A stretch of 64,000 nt of DNA from an uncultured Trueperaceae bacterium (GCA_963815215.1 CAWFFU010000003.1:608001-672000); one strand, 5' to 3'. Positions 51,909 through 61,294 are shown, numbered from the stretch's first letter. Notes: generated by a model not told the origin, from the sequence alone. A program made the numbers and translations.

Positions 51909-52748
51909 TCAGCCGCTCTCGGCGGTCACCACGGTCCAGTCGGGGTGGGCGGCGCCCAACCGCGCCGCGGCATCCTCGGCTGCGGCCAGGTCCGGCGCCA
52001 GCGCCACACAGCAGCTGCCACTCCCCGACATGCTCACGCCCCGGAGCCCCTCGGCGCGGAGCGCGCGGATGGCCTCGCGCACCACCGGATGGGCCCGGAC
52101 CACGCCCGGTTGCAGGGCGTTGACGAGACCCGGCTCCGCGCCCGAACCCAGCTTCTCGAGCAGGCTGTCCAGGGGCAGCCGTGAGGTGAAGCTCTGCAGC
52201 GCGCCGTACGCCTCGGCCGCCGACACCGCCACGCCGGGGAACGCGAGCACCAGTGCGAGCCGCGGCAGGCTCACGGGCTGCAGCCGCTCGCCACGCCCGC
52301 GCGCCAGGGCTGCGGCGTGGTCGGCGAGGAAGAAGGGCACATCCGAGCCGAGCTCGAGCGCGAGCCGCTCCAGGTCGAGCGGCGCCGGCACGAGCGTACG
52401 TAGGGCGCGCAGCACCGCCGCGGCGTCCGACGAACCGCCACCCAGGCCGGCCGCGATGGGGATACGCTTGGTGAGGACGATGGCGACGCCGACGTCGGCC
52501 GCCCCCGCCTCCGCAAGGTAGCGGCGCGCCGCAAGCAGCGCCAGGTTGCGCTCGTCGGTCGGCAGCTCCGCCCCCACGACCGCGAGCGTCGACCCGCCGC
52601 TCGACCACCCGACGCGCACCTCGTCGGCCAGCGACACGCGCACCATCAGGCTCTCGATCTCGTGGAAGCCGTCGCCCCTACGTGCCAGGACCGACAGTCC
52701 CAGGTTGACCTTGGCGTGAGCGCGCTCCTCGACCGCGGCGCCGGTCAC
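51909..52748 (-). CDS. ispE: 4-diphosphocytidyl-2-C-methyl-D-erythritol kinase
   Basis: AKVNLGL, KRIPIAAGLGGGSSDAA, GSDVPFF, MSGSGS; GTGA overlap with ispD. Confidence 0.96.
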   Translation of the reverse strand: MTGAAVEERAHAKVNLGLSVLARRGDGFHEIESLMVRVSLADEVRVGWSSGGSTLAVVGAELPTDERNLALLAARRYLAEAGAADVGVAIVLTKRIPIAAGLGGGSSDAAAVLRALRTLVPAPLDLERLALELGSDVPFFLADHAAALARGRGERLQPVSLPRLALVLAFPGVAVSAAEAYGALQSFTSRLPLDSLLEKLGSGAEPGLVNALQPGVVRAHPVVREAIRALRAEGLRGVSMSGSGSCCVALAPDLAAAEDAAARLGAAHPDWTVVTAESG

Positions 52749-53425
52749 GGCGGGAGACCTCGGGAGCGCTGCTCGAGCCACAGCTCCTCGAACGCACCGG
52801 CGAGCCGCAGATCGTCCGGGGTGGTGATCTTGTGCAAGAGCGGGCTCCCCTCCACCAGCTCGACCTCCCGGCCCAGCCGGCGCACCAGCGCCGCGTCGTC
52901 GGTGGCCTCGTAGCCCTCAGCCCGGGCCCGCGCGTGCGCCTCCCGGAGCACACTCCGCAGGAACCCCTGCGGGGTCTGGATGGCGCGCAGACGATCGCGC
53001 TCCAGGGTGAGCCCGCTGTCGACCTCGACGATGGTGTCGGCGAGGCGCAGCGCCGCGCTGGCCGCGCCCCCGGCGCGAGCGCCCGCCACCACCCTGCGCG
53101 CCACCGCCTCGGGAAGGAAGGGGCGCGCGGCGTCGTGGACCAGCACCAGCTCGGCGCCGGTCGCTTCGACCAGCCGCGCCACGGTGGCCTGACGGGTGTC
53201 GCCGCCCTCGATCACCCGCACCCCGGGCACGAGCGCCCGCGCCCGCGCCGTATCGTCCGCGGCGACGGCCACCACGATCTCGTCGACGACATCGCCCAGG
53301 GCCAGCACCGCCCACTCCAGCAAGGTCCGGTCACCGACGGTGACGAAGGCCTTCGGGCCGGCGGCGAGCCGGAGGCCCTGCCCGGCCGCCGCGAGCAAGC
53401 CGGCGATGCCCGCCGGCTCAGCCAT
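52745..53425 (-). CDS. ispD: 2-C-methyl-D-erythritol 4-phosphate cytidylyltransferase
   Basis: AAGQGLR, GGDTRQ, VHDAARP, QTPQGF, TDDA, KITTPDDL. Confidence 0.95.
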   Translation of the reverse strand: MAEPAGIAGLLAAAGQGLRLAAGPKAFVTVGDRTLLEWAVLALGDVVDEIVVAVAADDTARARALVPGVRVIEGGDTRQATVARLVEATGAELVLVHDAARPFLPEAVARRVVAGARAGGAASAALRLADTIVEVDSGLTLERDRLRAIQTPQGFLRSVLREAHARARAEGYEATDDAALVRRLGREVELVEGSPLLHKITTPDDLRLAGAFEELWLEQRSRGLPP

Positions 53426-54020
53426 CGGGGTCCTTCCAGCGAGGCGACCGCTCGTTGTCGATCCCGAGGTGGTCGAGCACGCGGGCAGTGACGGTGCCCA
53501 CCAGATCGTCGAGAGTGCGGGGCCGCTGGTAGAACCCGGGTGACGCCGGGAGGATCACCGCACCAGCATCGTTGGCGGCCAGCATGTTCTGGAGCATGGG
53601 GCGAGAGTATGGCGCCTCGCGGACTACCAGTACCAATGGGCGCCGCTCCTTGAGGGTGACGTGCGCCGCTCGCGCCACCAACGTGTCGCCGAACCCGGCG
53701 GCCACCTTGGCGAGCGTCCCCGCGCTGCAGGGCACCACCGCCATGGCGTCGGCTCGGAAGCTGCCGGACGCGATGGGGGCGCCAAGATCGGCGTCCTTGT
53801 GGACGGCGTCGGCCAGGCCCTCCAGAGTGTCGATCCCGCCGTCGAGCTCGGTCGGGGCGACCTGCCTGGCCCCGGAGCTGACCACCAGGTGGGTCTCGAC
53901 GTCGGTCGCCGCCAGGAAACGCAGAAGATCCACAGCGTAGATCAGACCGCTGCCGCCGGTGACGGCGACCACCAGCCGGCGGGGGCGGGAGGAACGTCGG
54001 GCACGAGCCGGGTCGGACAC
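53418..54020 (-). CDS. ubiX: Flavin prenyltransferase UbiX
   Basis: VTGGSG, IASGSF, PCSAGTL, LKERRPLVLVVRE, PGFYQRP. Confidence 0.93.
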   Translation of the reverse strand: MSDPARARRSSRPRRLVVAVTGGSGLIYAVDLLRFLAATDVETHLVVSSGARQVAPTELDGGIDTLEGLADAVHKDADLGAPIASGSFRADAMAVVPCSAGTLAKVAAGFGDTLVARAAHVTLKERRPLVLVVREAPYSRPMLQNMLAANDAGAVILPASPGFYQRPRTLDDLVGTVTARVLDHLGIDNERSPRWKDPDG

Positions 54021-54080
54021 GCTCCAGCCTACCCCACGGCCGGCGCGCCCGGCCACGGGGGCGAGCCTATACTGGAGGCC

Positions 54081-54428
54081 GTGGTCCTGGACGAACCCAC
54101 CTGGCATCGCACCGTCGCGCTCTTCGAGGCTGGCGCCTTCTGGGACGCGCATGAAGCCCTCGAGGGAGCGTGGGCGCGCAGCAGCGGTGTCGAGAAGCAC
54201 TTCCTGGGCGGCGTGATCCTGCTTGCAGCGGCTCTCCACAAAGCCCGCGCGCTGCAATCCCCGCGAGGAGGCCGGCGCAACTACGCCAAGGCGCTCAGGC
54301 ACCTGGCGCTCGTGCCGGACCGGTACTTCGGCGTGGACGTTCGCGAGCTCGAAGCTCGCGTGCACGCCGCTCTGCGCGATCCCGGTGCCCGCCCGATGAT
54401 CCCACGAAACCCGGAGGCCGTTCCGTGA
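54081..54428 (+). CDS. DUF309 family protein
   Basis: FWDAHEALEGAW, GVILLAAALH; TATACT 7 nt before GTG. Confidence 0.85.
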   Translation: MVLDEPTWHRTVALFEAGAFWDAHEALEGAWARSSGVEKHFLGGVILLAAALHKARALQSPRGGRRNYAKALRHLALVPDRYFGVDVRELEARVHAALRDPGARPMIPRNPEAVP

Positions 54429-54706
54429 CCCCACTTCCCGAACCCACGCCGTCCGCCGAGCGACCTGCCGACGGGCTGCTCCACGACCAGCGGCGCGCGC
54501 GGCGCCCCAACACCACGGCCTCGCTCCGCCGATCGGGCTCCGATCGGGTGATCGCCGGCGTCTGTGGAGGCATCGCCGCCTACGTCGACGCGTCCCCCGG
54601 CATCGTGCGCATCCTCTTCGTGGTCTCGCTCATCCCGTCCATCGGGGTCACGGGCCTCGGCTACCTGTTGCTGTGGTGGCTCCTCCCCGCGGCTCCGGCG
54701 GTCTGA
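54425..54706 (+). CDS. PspC domain protein
   Basis: LRRSGSDRVIAGVCGGIAAY...VRILF...YLLLWWLLP. Confidence 0.88.
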   Translation: MTPLPEPTPSAERPADGLLHDQRRARRPNTTASLRRSGSDRVIAGVCGGIAAYVDASPGIVRILFVVSLIPSIGVTGLGYLLLWWLLPAAPAV

Positions 54707-54779
54707 AGCGCCATCACGACGAGCGCTCCGACCTCAGGGCCGGAGCGCTCGCAACTCGTGCGTGTCGCCTAGGGGTTGA

Positions 54780-56573
54780 TCAGAGCAGCAGGCGGACCGG
54801 CGCGTCGAGGAGCTCCGCTACCCGCGCGAGCAGCCTGGCACCCCGCTCGGGCGGTACGTCGCCCGCGAGCGAAAGCGTGCTGCGGTAGCTCCCTCGCTGG
54901 TTGTCGTACAGGATGCGGCCCAACGTAAGCAGGGGGGCGCCCACGTTCAGAACGGCCTCGTCAACATCGAGCGCCGACATGTCGACCACCGCCAGGCTCA
55001 CGCCTGACGCGTCGGAAGACGCCGCGTCGAGCGCCGCACTCAAGTCGTGGGCCAGGTCGACGAACGCACGCTCGAGCGCGCCGCCGATCCGGGCGACCCG
55101 GAGTTCGCCGCGCTCGTCCCAACCGACCGCCGCCACCGGCCCGTCCCCCCAGCCGCCGTCGGAAACGGCCTTGGCAGCGGCGCGAATGAGGAAGGGGCCG
55201 GGAGGGAGCGGCTCGCTCTCGCCGAGCTCGAGACTCACTGCGAGCTGGGCGCCCGCCAGCGCGGTGACGTCCAGATGGCGTCGCAACAGGGTCCCGTAGC
55301 TCACCAGTGGAAGCTCGGAAGGCACCGTGCCCGCCGACTCCGCGCTCATCCGGTCCGACAGTGGCGGCAGAGCCGTCTCGTCGGCGGCGGACGCCTCCTC
55401 GATCGGCCGGTCCGACAGCTGCGCGGCGGCCGTCTCCGATCCGGTATCCAGCTCGCTCGCCCGGTCCGGCTCGAAGGCCCGCTCGGAGATCCACGCGTCT
55501 GAGGTGGCTTCGCCCACGGCGGCCTCGGCCGAGGTGGGTTCGTCCAGGGTAGTCCCGTCGTCCGTGACGGCTTCCGCAGCGATCCCAGCGCTCTCGCCGT
55601 CCTCGTCGGTCGCCGTCGCGCCCAACGGCTCCTCACCATATCCATCGGACCCGAACGGCTCCTGCGCCTCGGGCGTGCGCTCGTAGCCGGACCCGAAGCC
55701 CGCCTGGAAGCCGGCAGCGAAGCTCTCGTCCTCCCCCGAGGCGCCGCTCAGCTCTTCGAAACGCTCCGAGGCGGACGCTGCGCCTCCGAGATCGAGATCC
55801 CCGAGCGGCGGCATCTCCAGCGCGCCGCCTCCATCGTCCGCCGGCGACGTTGCACCGTCATCGAACAGCGCCTCGCCCCCGATATCCTGTCCCGGTTCCG
55901 GCACCGCCCCTTCGTCACGGAAGAGGTCGGGCAGGCTGTCGGGCGTCTCCAGCGAGGTGGAACCCGACCACAACGCCTGTGTTTCCTCGGCGTCGAGCGC
56001 GTCGCCGGCAAGACCACCGTCCCAGCCGCCACTGTCCTCACCCGCGACCAGAAGCTCGTCCTCGGGCTCGTCGTCCGCCTCAGCCGGCACGCCTTCCCAG
56101 CCGCTGCCCTCCGAGCCCGCCACGCCGGGCCAGCCGATCGTCGACTCGGCATCCTCCTCATCGTCGAAGAGGAAGATGTCCTCACTGATGTCGTCCCCCA
56201 CCGCATCCGCTTCCGAGTCGTGGGCGGACCGTGTGGCAAGTAGGGGCGCCGCGTCCGGTTCCGACACCTCCTCCAGTCGATCGGAGGCCGACAGCTCCTG
56301 CTGGATCTCCTCCAGTCCCACGCCCTTGTTGGAATCACGCATCTGTTGCTGGAAGCTGTGGGCGTCCTCCTCTGGCCACGCCTCCATCCCTTCGGGCACC
56401 GGCTCCGGCGTGGGATCGAGATCCTCCTCGCCCGCCATCACCCGGGCCAGGAACTCGAGCACGTCTCGCTCGACGACCTTGCCTCCCGCGCCGCTGCCGT
56501 GGAGATCACGCCAGTCGACGTTGTTCTCTTCCGCCAGCCGCCGGGCCAGCGGTGAAATCTCGGGTTGGCTCAC
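54780..56573 (-). CDS. E3/peripheral-subunit-binding-domain protein with long acidic linker and degenerate E2-core-like C-terminus
   Basis: ISPLARRLAEENNVD...GSGAGGKVVERDV; Asp/Glu-rich middle; ends LSLAG...GARLLARVAELLDAP; GGAGGAGG RBS. Confidence 0.78.
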   Translation of the reverse strand: MSQPEISPLARRLAEENNVDWRDLHGSGAGGKVVERDVLEFLARVMAGEEDLDPTPEPVPEGMEAWPEEDAHSFQQQMRDSNKGVGLEEIQQELSASDRLEEVSEPDAAPLLATRSAHDSEADAVGDDISEDIFLFDDEEDAESTIGWPGVAGSEGSGWEGVPAEADDEPEDELLVAGEDSGGWDGGLAGDALDAEETQALWSGSTSLETPDSLPDLFRDEGAVPEPGQDIGGEALFDDGATSPADDGGGALEMPPLGDLDLGGAASASERFEELSGASGEDESFAAGFQAGFGSGYERTPEAQEPFGSDGYGEEPLGATATDEDGESAGIAAEAVTDDGTTLDEPTSAEAAVGEATSDAWISERAFEPDRASELDTGSETAAAQLSDRPIEEASAADETALPPLSDRMSAESAGTVPSELPLVSYGTLLRRHLDVTALAGAQLAVSLELGESEPLPPGPFLIRAAAKAVSDGGWGDGPVAAVGWDERGELRVARIGGALERAFVDLAHDLSAALDAASSDASGVSLAVVDMSALDVDEAVLNVGAPLLTLGRILYDNQRGSYRSTLSLAGDVPPERGARLLARVAELLDAPVRLLL

Positions 56574-56777
56574 GGACAACCTCCTCCGTTATCGTCGCTT
56601 CCGTCTCGAGCGAGTATACAAGAACCAGTGTTTCGGCCCGAAGGCCCTTCCGCAGCGACAATTCGCACTAGCCCCGACGCCGTCCGCACGCGCGGCCGAC
56701 GGCCGCAGGGAGCCCCCCGCAACGGCGCCACGTCGGCCGCGGCACCGCGGCGGTGCCCCGACGCGCTAGTCTCGGGC

Positions 56778-57074
56778 ATGCGCGGTGCCCCAGCCGCGGA
56801 CGCGGCCCGGGCTTACCACCTGGGAGCTCCCTTTCTCGATATACGGACCGCCGTTCAGCACGGTCGTGACGGCCTGCCTGGCAGTCGCAACCTGCCGCTG
56901 GAGAACATCCGGAGCGGCGAGACGCCCCACGACGTCGAGGTAGATGACCCGATCTATCTAGTTTGTGAACGGGGTCAACTCAGCGAACTGGCGGGGCTCT
57001 ACCTCGAGCAGGCCGGGTATCTTCGAGTCTTCAACGTCCTCGGCGGACTACGTGCGTTGCGGCCTCTGCTGTGA
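56778..57074 (+). CDS. Single-domain rhodanese-like protein
   Basis: LDIR, LPGSRNLP, VCERGQLS, NVLGG. Confidence 0.82.
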   Translation: MRGAPAADAARAYHLGAPFLDIRTAVQHGRDGLPGSRNLPLENIRSGETPHDVEVDDPIYLVCERGQLSELAGLYLEQAGYLRVFNVLGGLRALRPLL

Positions 57075-57079
57075 GCGCC

Positions 57080-58354
57080 TCACGGGCGCCACGCCTGGAA
57101 GAACACGCCATCGATGTACGTCTGCAGGAGCGGGGTGCTGCCGTGGACCTGGACCGTCATCACCAGGCTCTCCCCCGCCTTCATGGCGCGGTCGAGGACC
57201 GTACGCTCGCCTTGGCTGTCGCGGACGACGAGCTTCAGCTGGTACCCCTGATCCATCAGGCGCTTCATCCCCATCGTCTTCGGGTCGAAGGTGAACGGTA
57301 CCGTGCGTGTACCTCCGGCGCCCGACGGGCCGTTGAGATCCAGGCCGGAACCCGCGGAGGTCCCTCCGTTGCCCGCGCCGCCCGCCTGCAGCGGGTTGGT
57401 CCCGGGCTTGCCGTTGACCGTGAGCTGGACCGGGGTACCGGGCAGCGTGAAGCCGGAAGGCTCCACGTTCACCACGCCCTGCGGCTGGTCACTCTTGAGA
57501 ACGTAGTCGACGTGTCCGATAAGGAGCTGGGCCGCCTCGAGCGCCAGCTGCGCGCGCCACAGCGGCATGCCGGAGACGTTGGGGACCTCGACGATGGCGC
57601 GGCCGGAGAGCGCGTAGAAGACGGCGACCGGTGTGCCCGGCGGCACCGTGGCGCCCGCCTTGGGCAGGGTGCTCGTCACCGCGCCGATCTTGTCGAAGCT
57701 GACACCGCCGGGGAGCGCCTCGACCTCCGTGAAGCCGAGGGCCTTGAGTTTGGCGACTGCGGCCACACGGTCCATGCCCTTGAGGTCGGGCACCGTCAAC
57801 GCCTGCCGGGCAGGACCGGTGCTGACGGTGAGCGCGAGCTTCTCGTCGGCCCCGAGCTGACCGCCGGCGGCGGGCTTCTGCGCGATCACGGTGCCGAGAT
57901 CCGTGGCGTCCGGTCGGTAGTCGAGCGCTGTCACCGGCACGTTCAGCTCCGCTGCGCGCTTCAACGCATCGTCCTCGCTCATCCCGGTCAACTGCGGAAC
58001 GCGCGTCTGAGCCGGCGGGTTGTTGACCCCCACGTGGATGATCCGGCCCTGACGGACCACCGTTCCGGCGTCCGGCGCTTGGCTGGTGACCGACTGCCGG
58101 TCGGCGCCGGGGAGGTTCTCGACGAACGCCTGCGGCTGCAGCCCGGCCTGCCGCAGGACCCGCGCGGCATCCGGGAACGCCATCCCGACGACGTCCGGCA
58201 GACGCACCTCGCGGACCGTGAAGTAGTCGCGCACCGAGATCACCGCGAACACCCCCACGACGACCAGCAACGCCGCCACGGCAACGAGCCGGAAGCGCCT
58301 GCGCCGCAGCACCTGCTCCCGCGCCTCGCTCACCGGACTACCCTTCTCGACCAC
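57080..58354 (-). CDS. Membrane-anchored PASTA-repeat protein (4 repeats, no kinase or PBP domain)
   Basis: N-terminal TM; LPDVVGM, VPQLTGM, VPDLKGM, VPNVSGM. Confidence 0.87.
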   Translation of the reverse strand: MVEKGSPVSEAREQVLRRRRFRLVAVAALLVVVGVFAVISVRDYFTVREVRLPDVVGMAFPDAARVLRQAGLQPQAFVENLPGADRQSVTSQAPDAGTVVRQGRIIHVGVNNPPAQTRVPQLTGMSEDDALKRAAELNVPVTALDYRPDATDLGTVIAQKPAAGGQLGADEKLALTVSTGPARQALTVPDLKGMDRVAAVAKLKALGFTEVEALPGGVSFDKIGAVTSTLPKAGATVPPGTPVAVFYALSGRAIVEVPNVSGMPLWRAQLALEAAQLLIGHVDYVLKSDQPQGVVNVEPSGFTLPGTPVQLTVNGKPGTNPLQAGGAGNGGTSAGSGLDLNGPSGAGGTRTVPFTFDPKTMGMKRLMDQGYQLKLVVRDSQGERTVLDRAMKAGESLVMTVQVHGSTPLLQTYIDGVFFQAWRP

Positions 58355-58480
58355 GGCTGGAGTCTACCACGGCCCATGAACGGTCCGTGAGGCTCTAGAC
58401 CCGTCCCGGAGGGCTTTCTTCACAATCGTCGGGCTCCGCCCGAACCCCTTGGCGGCCCGCGCTTCCCTACAATGGGAGGC

Positions 58481-59140
58481 ATGCTGACGACCCCTCCCCT
58501 CGCCCGACCGCTACCCCTCGACCAGCTTCGGCCCGAGCTCCTGACCGCTCACCAGGAGCTGGCGGATCTGGCGGCCCTGGCTGCCGCCGGGCTGCCCGTG
58601 GCGTCGCTGCTGGTGGTCCCGGCGGCCGTGGAGGAGCGCTTCTACCGGCTCAACAACCTCCCCGCCCTCCTGAACGAGGTGTTCGCGCGGGTCGACCCCG
58701 ACGACCCGGATGAGGACGAGGTCGAGGAAGCCAGCCCGGCGGCCGAGACGCTGGTGCGCCAGCACTACCTACTGGACGAGTTCGTCGACGAGTTCTATGC
58801 CGCCATCGCGGACCTGCCGCTCCGGGTGTGCGTGCGCCGGACCCTGGCGAACGGCGAGGACGCCGCGCGGGGACGGCCGGCGCTGATGGCGCTCAAGCAC
58901 GTGTATCAGCGGGATTGGAGCTACGCATCCGTGTGGGAGCGCCTGGAGCGGCGGCAGGGCATCGCCCTGGAGGCGCGTCCGGTGCTGCTGCACGGGGTCG
59001 AGGCCGCGGTGAACGAGGTGGCGGCGATCGGGGTCGCGGCCGACGCGGCGCTGGCCGCCCGCGCGGGTTCGGTGCTGGGCGCCCCCGTGCGCCTTCGTCT
59101 CGCCGACGGGGGCGCCGTCGTGGGCGTGCGCAGGGTGTGA
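58481..59140 (+). CDS. Hypothetical protein resembling a degenerate PEP-synthase/PPDK N-terminal domain
   Basis: LAAAGLPV..LVVP..EERFYRLNNL; TACAAT 7 nt before ATG. Confidence 0.65.
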   Translation: MLTTPPLARPLPLDQLRPELLTAHQELADLAALAAAGLPVASLLVVPAAVEERFYRLNNLPALLNEVFARVDPDDPDEDEVEEASPAAETLVRQHYLLDEFVDEFYAAIADLPLRVCVRRTLANGEDAARGRPALMALKHVYQRDWSYASVWERLERRQGIALEARPVLLHGVEAAVNEVAAIGVAADAALAARAGSVLGAPVRLRLADGGAVVGVRRV

Positions 59141-59216
59141 CGGACGCCTCGCCGAGGGAGCCAGGGTAGCGAGTCCTACACGATGCGGCACCGCCTTGCG
59201 ACTAACGTTAGGTGCG

Positions 59217-60140
59217 ATGCCCTGGCTGCATGAACGGCCCCTCGAACCCCATGCCGACGCGCAGCTCCGACACTTCATCGGAGCGCTTGCCGAGCGGCTC
59301 GACGACCCGTCCCAGGACCGCAACGAGGTGGTCCGTGAGACGCTGGCCCAGCAGCTCTACGCGCGCCCCTACGAGGTGGTGGCGCGCGACGCCCCGATGG
59401 CCGCGTTCGCGCTGGATCCGCGCAACGCGCGCTTCGAGGCCGAGTACTACGCGGCGACCGACCCACAGCGCTTCGCCCGCGTGAAGCCGCTGCTGTGGCT
59501 GTGGAGGTCGCTCGACGCGACCCCCCTCGGACAATCGGTCGCCAGCGGCGTCGCGGTGCGGCGCATGCTCGCCGAGCGCGTCTTCGCCCGCGCCGGCAGG
59601 AACCTGAAGATCTTCCCCCACGTCGAGGTGTCGGTCGGGTACAACATCGAGGCCGGCGACGACGTGGTGATCCACCGCCACGTCTTCGTCGACGACATCG
59701 GCGGCGTGGAGCTCCACGACGGCGTCAGCCTCAGCGATCACGCCAACGTGTACTCGCACACCCACGATCTCCTGGAGCCCTCGGACGTCACCCTGAGGAG
59801 AACCGTGATCGGTCGTGGCGTGCGGGTGGCGTACCACGCGACCGTCCTCGCCGGCGCCGTGCTGTCCGACGACAGCATGCTCGGCGCCCTGGCGGTCGCT
59901 ACCCGTGACCTCGATCCGCACGCGGTCGGGCTCGGCATTCCGGCCACGCCGCGCGTATGGAAGGACCGGGCGCTCGATCCGCGATTCACGCACTTGGAGG
60001 TCGATGCCGCCCGGTACCCGCGGTCCGCCCCGGTCCGTGCCAACCCGGACTTCGACAGCGGCGAACCGGATGCGCCGCAGGCCGGCGACGGCGCCTCGGG
60101 GCCGCCGAACGCCCGCGTCGAAGCGCCGGGAAGCACCTGA
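59217..60140 (+). CDS. Hexapeptide-repeat (LbetaH) acyltransferase
   Basis: IEAGDDVVI, YSHTH, TVIGRGVRV, AVATRD, GIPA. Confidence 0.87.
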   Translation: MPWLHERPLEPHADAQLRHFIGALAERLDDPSQDRNEVVRETLAQQLYARPYEVVARDAPMAAFALDPRNARFEAEYYAATDPQRFARVKPLLWLWRSLDATPLGQSVASGVAVRRMLAERVFARAGRNLKIFPHVEVSVGYNIEAGDDVVIHRHVFVDDIGGVELHDGVSLSDHANVYSHTHDLLEPSDVTLRRTVIGRGVRVAYHATVLAGAVLSDDSMLGALAVATRDLDPHAVGLGIPATPRVWKDRALDPRFTHLEVDAARYPRSAPVRANPDFDSGEPDAPQAGDGASGPPNARVEAPGST

Positions 60141-60141
60141 G

Positions 60142-60441
60142 ATGTCTCGACGACGCCCGCTCACGGCGGCGATCGCGTTCGGCCTGAGCGCCGTCCTGAC
60201 GGCCTGCTGTCCGGTAGCGACGCCCCCGCCGACGGCCTTCGTGGCGACGCTGCAGGCTCTCGACCACGGCCGCGCCCGGGCGATCCTGGAGGACGGCCGC
60301 CAGGTCACCGTCACGGGCCTGACGAGCGTGCCGCAGGGCACCGTCTACGTGACCGGAACGCTCCAGCCGGACGGCAGTGTGGTGGCCACCACGGTCCGGC
60401 CTACCGGACCGACTGCGCCGCCACCGCCGCAGCGCCGATGA
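60142..60441 (+). CDS. Small lipoprotein
   Basis: MSRRR, hydrophobic stretch, VLTAC lipobox; VTGTLQPDGSVVA beta motif. Confidence 0.6.
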   Translation: MSRRRPLTAAIAFGLSAVLTACCPVATPPPTAFVATLQALDHGRARAILEDGRQVTVTGLTSVPQGTVYVTGTLQPDGSVVATTVRPTGPTAPPPPQRR

Positions 60442-61294
60442 CGCCGGCGTCGGTCCCCAGCTTCGCCAGACGGATGTCCGCGTCGGGGTAGCCCCGCAGG
60501 TAGGCCGACGCAGCACGCGCGATGCGATCGAGGTAGAACGGCCCCACCTGGCTCATGCCGCCGCCGATGACGAACCCCTCCGGGTCGAAGATCTTGGCGA
60601 GGTTCGCGATGCCGATGCCGGTGAAGCGCGCGGCGTTGTCCACGATCTCGAGCGCCTTCATCTCACCGGCCCGAGCGCGATCGAAAACCTCCCGCGTGTC
60701 CATGTCGCGGCCGTAGGCGTAGCTGGCGTCCCGTGCGATGGACCGCCCGGCCGCGATCGCCTCGAGCGTGCCGAGCAGACCGTCCCCACCGATGGGGCCA
60801 CCGGGCAACACCGTCATGTGGCCGATCTCGCCCGCCAGGCCGTGGGCTCCGCGGATCACCCGGTTCCCGATGAACAGGCCGCCGCCGATGCCCGTGGAGA
60901 TGGTCATGTAGAGACTGGACTCAAGATCGCGGGCGGCGCCAAAGAGGTGCTCGGCCAGCCCGGCGGCGTTGGCGTCGTTCTCCAGAACGATGGGGCGCCC
61001 CAGCCGGCGCTCGAGCTCGGACACGATGGGCGCGTCCTCCATGCCGGCGATGTTGGGCGCGAACAGCACCTTGCCGGCCTGGTAGTCCAGGGGCCCGGGC
61101 GACCCGACCCCGATCGCCGCCACTTCCTCGTGCCCCCGTTCCAACAGGCTGCGCGCGGCCCGTGCGAGCGCCTCGACCACGTCGTCGAAGCCAGTCTGTG
61201 GCGTCTCGACGCGCGTCGCGTCGAGGATGCGCCCGTCGCTCACCACGGCAGCGGCGATCTTGGTGCCTCCTAGGTCCAGGCCCAGCGTCTTCAT
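60401..61294 (-). CDS. glk: ROK-family sugar kinase (glucokinase)
   Basis: DLGGTK, GSPG, ENDANAA, STGIGGG, GEIGH. Confidence 0.88.
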   Translation of the reverse strand: MKTLGLDLGGTKIAAAVVSDGRILDATRVETPQTGFDDVVEALARAARSLLERGHEEVAAIGVGSPGPLDYQAGKVLFAPNIAGMEDAPIVSELERRLGRPIVLENDANAAGLAEHLFGAARDLESSLYMTISTGIGGGLFIGNRVIRGAHGLAGEIGHMTVLPGGPIGGDGLLGTLEAIAAGRSIARDASYAYGRDMDTREVFDRARAGEMKALEIVDNAARFTGIGIANLAKIFDPEGFVIGGGMSQVGPFYLDRIARAASAYLRGYPDADIRLAKLGTDAGVIGAAAVAAQSVR

